DNA from: Pseudogymnoascus verrucosus | Taxonomy: Eukaryota | Direction: 5' to 3' (one strand) | Assembly (NCBI GenBank): GCA_001662655.1 | Contig: KV460256.1 | Length of the DNA: 64,000 nucleotides | Part shown: piece by piece, positions 57,246 through 64,000 of the stretch | Position numbering within the stretch: the stretch's first letter is position 1 | Layout: every line of letters starts with the position of its first letter | Position numbers and translations under genes: made by a program | Notes under the pieces: generated by a model | What the model was told of the DNA's origin: nothing | The model's database searches: none | What the model saw: the letters and a program-made list of their open reading frames with translations, nothing else

Positions 57246-60200
57246 CTATCTTCTCATAGTCAAGACATTACCTCCGTTCTGCTCTCCAGCCTGGAAGCTC
57301 GCCATATGGGAGGACAAAAAGTACTCGAATCCATCGTCCTTGATCCTGCCAAACCAATCAAGGAGCTCCATCTCCTCCAAGTCAGCTCTTCCCTTCATCA
57401 CTCCAACAAACGCCTCCATGTCGCATTCCTTGAGACAAACATGGCTCTCATGGTGTAAGAATCGCGCTCTCGGCGAGTCGCCAACAAGCGACTCGCAGAG
57501 TGCCTCAGTTGCCTCATCCATCTTCAGCAAGTCAATGTGACCTCTCCAGCCCGCGATGTCTGGCTTAATCTTGTGCATCTCACTGTGCTGAGCCAACCAC
57601 TGCATCACTGGCGTCACCGCATCACGCGGAGGCTCCGGGCCGCCTGCAACGAAGCGGTGGATGGATACGGGGATGTTGAAATCGGCATTTGCCCGCTCGA
57701 GAATGCGCTCGCCCGCCCATTTGCTGGCGACATACCCGTTGCTTCCGTCAGTGGCGGGTTGGTTCTGAGCAACCGAGTCTCCGATCGGGGCGTAAGCGGT
57801 CGTGGGCAAGACGCCAGAGGATGAAATGAAGTGGATGGGAACACGACGGCCTGCTGCCAACTTGACGAGTTCTCTGATTGGCTGCACGTTCGTCTGGCGG
57901 AGGGCGTGGTAGTTGTCCCAGAATGAGCGGACGGCGCCGAGGTGGATGATCACATCAGCTGTAAGTGAGAGGTCCTCAAACTTGGGCTGGCTGAGTCCCA
58001 GCATCGGGTGGGATAGATCGCCATGGTGGACTGAGACCTTGGGCGAAGACGCCACGGGCTTGTCACGGACAGCCACACAGTGAATTTCGGCGATGTTAGG
58101 GTCATTTTCAAGCCGCTTAAGGAGGTGTCGACCGAGGAACCCAGTGGCACCGGTGAGCACGACGACCTTGGGTTGGTTCCGGGGTGCGGTATTGGGTTCA
58201 ACGGGAGTTGGTATTGTCACAAACGGCACAGCCGTCTCGCGTTCCCAATCAATGGTTTCGACACCGACGCTCTCTTCGATCTTGCAGGCCATCTCGCCAA
58301 GGGTGCTGCTATTCATGAGCTCGAAGACAGACACGACGACACTGAGCTCTTTGCGGATGCGAGCTTGTAGGCGGACGATTAGGAGGGAGTTACCACCAAC
58401 CGAAAAGAATGTGGTAGCAGGCGTGATGGAGATGTTAGTTACGTGCGTAGACAGCACATCCTGCCACAAGCGGAATAGCCGAGTCTCAGTATCGGTAAGT
58501 TCGCCGCTGAGGGTCGGAGTTGCAATATGTTCTGGGAGTGGAAGCGCTTTGACGGCCTTCCTGTCAACTTTGGAATGGTTGTTCAATGGCAAGTGTTCAA
58601 TAGGAATAGCCATAGCGGGAACCATATATCGTGGAACCGGTAAGTCCTGAAGGACATTCTGGAGAAAAGCGTCCTTATCGGCAATGTCGCGCTTGGTGTC
58701 GAAGACGACGTGGGCAACCAAGAAGTCAGAGTCCTCGCCGTGAACAGTGACGATGGCTTCCAGGATGGCACCGTTGCCCGCACGCACGATGTTGCTTTCG
58801 ATGTCTCCAAGCTCAATTCGGAGGCCACGGATCTTTACCTGAAGGTCGGAGGAGATACGGTGTCGGAAGACGAGTGATCCATCCTCGCGAAAGTGTCCGT
58901 AGTCACCAGTGCGGTACATTTTTGACCATCCGTTTGCCACATAGGCCGCAGATGCGAAGGGATTGGGGACGAATTGAGTGGAAGTCAAGGCAGCGTTGTT
59001 GGCATAGCCGGCAGCAACGCCCGCTCCACCAATGACGATCTCACCTGCTATGCCAATTGGCAACGGCTTGAGATCTCTGTTGACGACATAAGCTGTATAG
59101 TTCGGGTACTGGGAGCCAATCGGAATATCACCCTGCTCTCCTTGACGGTAGTCGATCTCATGGAAGCTTGATCCACAAGAAATTTCTGCTGGGCCATAGC
59201 TGTTGATTAGACGTACATCGGACAGATTCAAGGCCGCAAACTGCTTTGCGACGGTGTTTGTGAGTCTTTCACCACCAGCAATGGCGTACTTCCAGTTGGA
59301 ACATTGTCGGAGTGTGCTCATCCCATACTGAAGCCACATGAGATATTCGGACGGTGTTGCCTGTGAGTAAGTGATGTGCTCATCTCGCATCACCTTGGTG
59401 ATCTCCAGTGGGTCGCCCCTCTGGTTCAGGGGGCACATGAAAACAGATCCGCCAGTTGCAAGACCAGTGAAAATCTGCTCCAGTGAAATGTCAAAGCTCA
59501 ACGTGCTCTGCTGCAGCGTGGTTTGTGGGGTTTCCATGCCGTACATTTTGATGGAACCTTCAATGTAGTTTCGTAGACCCTCATGCGTGACTGTGATACC
59601 TTTGGGAGTTCCAGTTGAGCCGCTGGTGTAGATGATGACAGCGGCTTGCGCGCTCCGAGATAAATCCGGCACAATTGCAGATGCATCGGCGGGAACATTG
59701 CTGACATTGAGTGTAAGTGCATTGCCCGCACACAAGCTGTTTGCGTTGGGGCTGGTGGTGGCATCAGTCAAAATCACACTCGGCTGGCAAGTTTCTACGA
59801 TCGCCGCTAGGCGAGTTAGTGGGTTTGCGACGTCCATGGGAACATAGATGCAGCCAATTCTCCAGATAGCCAGAAGCGAGACAATCCAATCGACCGATGG
59901 CTGTTGGAAGACGATAACCTTGGATCCTGGATCCACGCCGGCTTTTTGCAAGGTAGCTGCAATGGCTTGACTTCGGCTCATAAGTGCTCCGTAGGAGATT
60001 GAAGTATCATTGCCGTCTTTCACAGCCACCGCGTCATTGTTTTGTCTTGCGACTTGTTCAACACGACTCGAAAGAGTGGCAGGCCATTGGGACAGCAAGT
60101 CAGGTCCTTTGCCCATGTCGAGTGCTCGCTGGACTTGTGCTTGACTGTATAGCGAAGGCTCGCCTGTCCTCATGGTTGGTGCATTAACGAAGGCGTCTAG

Positions 60201-63200
60201 CAGGTTGATATACGACTCGAGCAGCAGGGTTGTGGCATGGCGGTCATAGATCGTCGCCTGTGTCTCAAATATGATACCTGGACCTTGATCGTCTTCAACG
60301 ACGGTGATGTTGATATCGTAATTTGTCTCTCCGGTATTGTTTTGCTGCATATTCATCTGGCAGTTGCCAAACCTTGAAATCTGCTTGACGCCAACTTTGT
60401 AGTCAAAGAAAGCTTGAAAGAACGGAGCATGAGTTGACGAACGCTCGACGTGATGGAACTCCTGGAGCATTATGTTAAAGGGCAGCTTGGAGTTGGCCAG
60501 CGCAGCGTATGCTTGATTCCTGGTTTCTGTGACCGAGGCAGCAAAAGTCTTTGTCTCGTCAGGCTTAAATCGCAGAGGGAGAAGATTAAGGAAGAGACCA
60601 ATTGTTCTAGTGATGTCGTCGTCGGTTCTGTTGGCATCAGCGATACCGATCGTGAGGTCAGCAACGTCAGCCAATCGGGCAAGGAGGATGCGGAAGACGG
60701 TGAGATAGACGTGGAAGTTTGTCGAACGGCTCATTCTAGCAACAGCCTTGACCTTCTGCCCAACGACTGGGTTGACTCGCCTCGAGACTTCGTTGCTCTT
60801 GAAAGCAGAAATGGGTACACGCGAACTGCTTATGGCCATTGGAAGAAGTGGAAGCACAGCTGGTGAGTCATGAAAGACATCCTTCCAGTATTCAAGCTCA
60901 GAATCCATTTCACCGGCTTGGAGCGCCTTGCGTTGGTTCACTGAGAAGGTGGGAAATTGCATTGGTGAAGGACCCAATGGTGTGCTATTGTATGCTTTTT
61001 CAAGATCAGACAGCAGCACCTGCAAGCTGATACCGTCCATGATGATATGGTGGTAGGCGACAAGCAGGTAGTGCGTCGTGGTATTGAGCGTAAGAAGGGT
61101 CATGCGGAGGAGATGAGGTTTACCCAAATCGAAGTCGTGTCTCTTATGGATCTCGTATTCTTGAGCTGCTTCATCGACATGGCTGATCGTTCGGTGCTCT
61201 AGCTTGACGTGATTCGTATCGGAGACGCTTTGGACTGCCATGTCAGGCTGCGAAACGTCATTGACGAAAAAGGTTCTGAGAGACTCGTGTCTCATGGCGA
61301 CGAGCTCAAGCGCTTGTGCAAGCTTATCGACCTTAAGGTTTCCATTCAATTGGTACTGAAAGGCGACGTTAGAAGCCGTACGATCCTCGAGGAAGAGATC
61401 GAGAAGCCAGAAGCGTGACTGTGACAGAGACATCGGCTCTGTTCTCAAGACTGTGAACTCACTAAGCTCCTTACTTTCTGCAATTGCTCCCAGGTCTGAG
61501 AATGACGACTTTCCGCCGACACTCGATGGCGGCGTCGCAATTGATTCCCCCCCCGAGTGCGTGTCCGTGGTGGTGGCGGTGTCAGCGAAAGAAAGAGCGT
61601 GCTGGAGGGCAGGGCGCTCCAAAGAAGCGTTCCTCTCCGTTTTTCTTGCGCTGGTAGCAACGAACGAGACCTCTTGGTGCATGAGCGGGCGTTGTGCAGG
61701 CTTTTCCTTCTCGGCCTTCGTAATTGATGGAGTTGCTGTATCGCCGAGCATGGGAACGAGCTCCGCAGGTAACTTCTTAGAGGCTTGCTCCGCAAGGTCA
61801 GAGACAGATCCACCACCAAGAATTTTCAAAACAGGCATATCCGTTTGCAGCTCTTTCAAGAACCAGGAACGAACTTCGACAGCTACAAGAGAGTCGATGC
61901 CGATCTCCACAAGCGGGACATTCATATCCATTTCCTCGTCTGTCAGCTGCAGGACAATCTGCAACTTGGCCGCGAAGCAGGTCTTGATGATCGAGAGAAC
62001 TTGTTCCGCAGTTGTGGCTTCAATCAGTTGTTCGCGAACTGGTTGAGCTGTTTGTTTGGAATCCGCAACGGTGTTCGTCGCCTGCGTGTCAATGAGATAG
62101 TGAGACAACCGTGGGTACAGGATCCAAGGAGGAAGGTGCTTGCGATCCGCAGGAACTCGCTCAATACCGGTACTTATGACTGGCTCGAGATTCATCTCCG
62201 GAATACCAGCGAATATTGTCTCGGCAAACATCTGGTGCAGGTCTGTTTCCGAAAGCGGCATGTATGAGTACTTTTCAAACGTTTCTTGGACGACTTGAGA
62301 AGCACGCTCAATGTAGCCAATACCAGCGACTCTGCCAATGTCGAAGGCACTCCCAGCCAAGCCGCGAGCTCGCCTTTGTCGGACCAGGCTAGTCATATAG
62401 GAACAAGCAGCTGCATAGTTGCTTTGACCAAAAACGCCACCGACAGAGGAGGTCGAAGAGAAGCATACGAAAAAGTCGAGTGGAGTGTCGTAGAATATCT
62501 CATCAAGCCAATTAGTACCATCGATCTTTGGTCTCAAGACGTCGGTCATTTGCTCGTATGACATCTGCGAGAACAAAGTATCTTTCAAAACCATCGCAGC
62601 ATTGGCGACGCCCATGATCGGCGGGTAGGATGCCTGAATGTCGTTGATGACCTGAATAACATTGGCTTTGCTTGTCACGTCCATAGCGTAGACTGCGACT
62701 TTGGCACCGTAAACCCTGAAAGAATCAAGCCACTTTTGGTCCACACTAGGATGACGGCTGGTCAACAGAATGTTTCGCGCACCGTTCCGAACCATCCATT
62801 CACACAGCGATTGACCAATTTGACCAGTCAAACCGACCATGAGATATGACTTGTTAGCCGAGAATAAGTGTGTCGCATCAATGGTGTCGACAATGACAGG
62901 AGCGGTGTCTTCGGCAGTCCAATCAACAAGGGTGGCAGGATGCAAAGGTGACTTAACATTGGTAACCTGGCTTAGGGAAAGCTGTGTTGGTTTATGGCCA
63001 GCCACGTGCTGTCCCGCGGCTGTAGCAGCATTCTTCAGAAGGGAGATGAGCTTTTCCTGGTCTTGGAAGAGACCTGAGCTTGTCGCACGCCAAAGATCTT
63101 TCGAGCCAGTGTACTGAACACCTGGCAGGGCTTGCTGGATAAGAGCAGATACTTCCTTGGACTCATCGTCAGTTGCCAGGTCCAAAAAGTTAGTGACTCC

Positions 63201-64000
63201 AGTGGGCAAGAGGCGTGTGATGTTGTGACCGTGCATCCAGGGGCTAAGTCTGAGCCAAGAAGGGTCGCCGTCCGCCCTAGAGGTACTGAAAATGACTTCG
63301 AATTTTCTGGCGGATGCTTGCCTCCTGAGAGCTTGCGCAAGGGAAGATCCGAGGGAACCAGTACCGGGCTCGTGAACAAGGACTTTGGCCCCTACAACAA
63401 TTGTGGAGAGCATGCGGGCCGCCAGAAGTTCCGCCGCAATGACAGACAGAAGATCGGCTGGGTCTTCCCGTGTGTCTGTAGGAATGGTGACATCTGGGTA
63501 GGATTTATTCGAGTTCGAGGAAGAAAGGGCGATGACGGCGTTGGATGTCGAAATTTCAAGCCCAACACTGACGAACAAATAGAGTCCGGCAGTGATACCC
63601 AGTGCCGACAGAGTCGAAACGCACGCCTTCATGGCGGATTTACCTTCCTTACCTTTGCTGAAGAATGGAACGTCCTTCAAGACCGGCAAACCGGAGCCTG
63701 TTTCACTGATGGAGATCACATCCGACTTCAGGCTGGCGTGTTTAGCGACTGAGCGTCTTTGAGAGTTAATGCGATCATTCCTCGTAGGGTCAGGAAGCAT
63801 GCGTGGTGCGTAGAGACTTCCATGCTGGAACATGAGCTCGGTTTCCTTGGTGTACAACAACTGTTGATCAAGGGCATCGGAAGCTTCCCACTGGCCCACG
63901 GTATGCAGACGCAGGGCCACCTCCATGATCAATGTAGAGACTCCATCCAGGCCAGAAGCAATATCAAGATGTTGTACCGAGAGGTCAGGCATCTCATGGA
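57246..64000 (-). CDS. Hybrid HR-PKS-NRPS, 3' portion (inactive ER-KR-ACP-C-A-T-R); 5' end lies beyond the window
   Basis: KR SYLMVGLTGQIG...GQSNYAAA, ACP GIDSLVAVEVRSWF, C domain HHIIMDG, A domain YTSGSTGTPKG / YGPAE / YRTGD, T domain GGNSLL, R domain TGATGFLG...GYVASKW. Confidence 0.97.
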   Translation of the reverse strand, partial: HEMPDLSVQHLDIASGLDGVSTLIMEVALRLHTVGQWEASDALDQQLLYTKETELMFQHGSLYAPRMLPDPTRNDRINSQRRSVAKHASLKSDVISISETGSGLPVLKDVPFFSKGKEGKSAMKACVSTLSALGITAGLYLFVSVGLEISTSNAVIALSSSNSNKSYPDVTIPTDTREDPADLLSVIAAELLAARMLSTIVVGAKVLVHEPGTGSLGSSLAQALRRQASARKFEVIFSTSRADGDPSWLRLSPWMHGHNITRLLPTGVTNFLDLATDDESKEVSALIQQALPGVQYTGSKDLWRATSSGLFQDQEKLISLLKNAATAAGQHVAGHKPTQLSLSQVTNVKSPLHPATLVDWTAEDTAPVIVDTIDATHLFSANKSYLMVGLTGQIGQSLCEWMVRNGARNILLTSRHPSVDQKWLDSFRVYGAKVAVYAMDVTSKANVIQVINDIQASYPPIMGVANAAMVLKDTLFSQMSYEQMTDVLRPKIDGTNWLDEIFYDTPLDFFVCFSSTSSVGGVFGQSNYAAACSYMTSLVRQRRARGLAGSAFDIGRVAGIGYIERASQVVQETFEKYSYMPLSETDLHQMFAETIFAGIPEMNLEPVISTGIERVPADRKHLPPWILYPRLSHYLIDTQATNTVADSKQTAQPVREQLIEATTAEQVLSIIKTCFAAKLQIVLQLTDEEMDMNVPLVEIGIDSLVAVEVRSWFLKELQTDMPVLKILGGGSVSDLAEQASKKLPAELVPMLGDTATPSITKAEKEKPAQRPLMHQEVSFVATSARKTERNASLERPALQHALSFADTATTTDTHSGGESIATPPSSVGGKSSFSDLGAIAESKELSEFTVLRTEPMSLSQSRFWLLDLFLEDRTASNVAFQYQLNGNLKVDKLAQALELVAMRHESLRTFFVNDVSQPDMAVQSVSDTNHVKLEHRTISHVDEAAQEYEIHKRHDFDLGKPHLLRMTLLTLNTTTHYLLVAYHHIIMDGISLQVLLSDLEKAYNSTPLGPSPMQFPTFSVNQRKALQAGEMDSELEYWKDVFHDSPAVLPLLPMAISSSRVPISAFKSNEVSRRVNPVVGQKVKAVARMSRSTNFHVYLTVFRILLARLADVADLTIGIADANRTDDDITRTIGLFLNLLPLRFKPDETKTFAASVTETRNQAYAALANSKLPFNIMLQEFHHVERSSTHAPFFQAFFDYKVGVKQISRFGNCQMNMQQNNTGETNYDINITVVEDDQGPGIIFETQATIYDRHATTLLLESYINLLDAFVNAPTMRTGEPSLYSQAQVQRALDMGKGPDLLSQWPATLSSRVEQVARQNNDAVAVKDGNDTSISYGALMSRSQAIAATLQKAGVDPGSKVIVFQQPSVDWIVSLLAIWRIGCIYVPMDVANPLTRLAAIVETCQPSVILTDATTSPNANSLCAGNALTLNVSNVPADASAIVPDLSRSAQAAVIIYTSGSTGTPKGITVTHEGLRNYIEGSIKMYGMETPQTTLQQSTLSFDISLEQIFTGLATGGSVFMCPLNQRGDPLEITKVMRDEHITYSQATPSEYLMWLQYGMSTLRQCSNWKYAIAGGERLTNTVAKQFAALNLSDVRLINSYGPAEISCGSSFHEIDYRQGEQGDIPIGSQYPNYTAYVVNRDLKPLPIGIAGEIVIGGAGVAAGYANNAALTSTQFVPNPFASAAYVANGWSKMYRTGDYGHFREDGSLVFRHRISSDLQVKIRGLRIELGDIESNIVRAGNGAILEAIVTVHGEDSDFLVAHVVFDTKRDIADKDAFLQNVLQDLPVPRYMVPAMAIPIEHLPLNNHSKVDRKAVKALPLPEHIATPTLSGELTDTETRLFRLWQDVLSTHVTNISITPATTFFSVGGNSLLIVRLQARIRKELSVVVSVFELMNSSTLGEMACKIEESVGVETIDWERETAVPFVTIPTPVEPNTAPRNQPKVVVLTGATGFLGRHLLKRLENDPNIAEIHCVAVRDKPVASSPKVSVHHGDLSHPMLGLSQPKFEDLSLTADVIIHLGAVRSFWDNYHALRQTNVQPIRELVKLAAGRRVPIHFISSSGVLPTTAYAPIGDSVAQNQPATDGSNGYVASKWAGERILERANADFNIPVSIHRFVAGGPEPPRDAVTPVMQWLAQHSEMHKIKPDIAGWRGHIDLLKMDEATEALCESLVGDSPRARFLHHESHVCLKECDMEAFVGVMKGRADLEEMELLDWFGRIKDDGFEYFLSSHMASFQAGEQNGGNVLTMRR

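Noticed and set aside
58080..63752. Numerous plus-strand ORFs overlapping the PKS-NRPS (likewise those opposite the GMC and HET genes)
   Set aside because: Antisense shadows of long GC-balanced coding sequence.
1..64000. Starship giant transposon explaining the accessory-type gene content
   Set aside because: No DUF3435 tyrosine-recombinase captain or element boundary is recognisable in this window. It cannot be excluded beyond the edges.

Overview
Filamentous ascomycete DNA (spliceosomal introns, strong RIP signature of CpA/CpG to TpA) with a mosaic layout. (i) 1-3.6 kb: RIP-degraded Ty3/Gypsy and DNA-transposon pieces, with a 200-N gap. (ii) 4.6-16.5 kb: a TE-bounded catabolic-looking gene island (Zn2Cys6 regulator, NimA/PNPOx-like split-barrel protein, amidase, M1 aminopeptidase pseudogene, amino-acid permease) whose intergenic regions share an 11-bp motif, AGTCGAGCCGG. 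(iii) 17-43 kb: a nest of chromodomain Gypsy elements from two main families (here A and B), resolvable by target-site duplications. (iv) 44-64 kb: formate-oxidase-like GMC oxidoreductase, truncated RecQ/TLH-like helicase, small Cys-rich protein, F-box-like protein, a divergent HET-domain/membrane-protein pair and the 3' part of a PKS-NRPS hybrid. Most notable: both Gypsy families carry an antisense accessory gene between pol and the 3' LTR encoding a Zn(II)2Cys6-like six-cysteine protein. Five copies are present, and within each family every copy is a highly divergent allele on a near-identical backbone. The family B gene has conserved introns. In family A each allele travels with its own LTR repeat array. 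This suggests a retrotransposon-encoded, diversifying DNA-binding regulator and target-site system, which is inference and untested. All alignments were done by eye.
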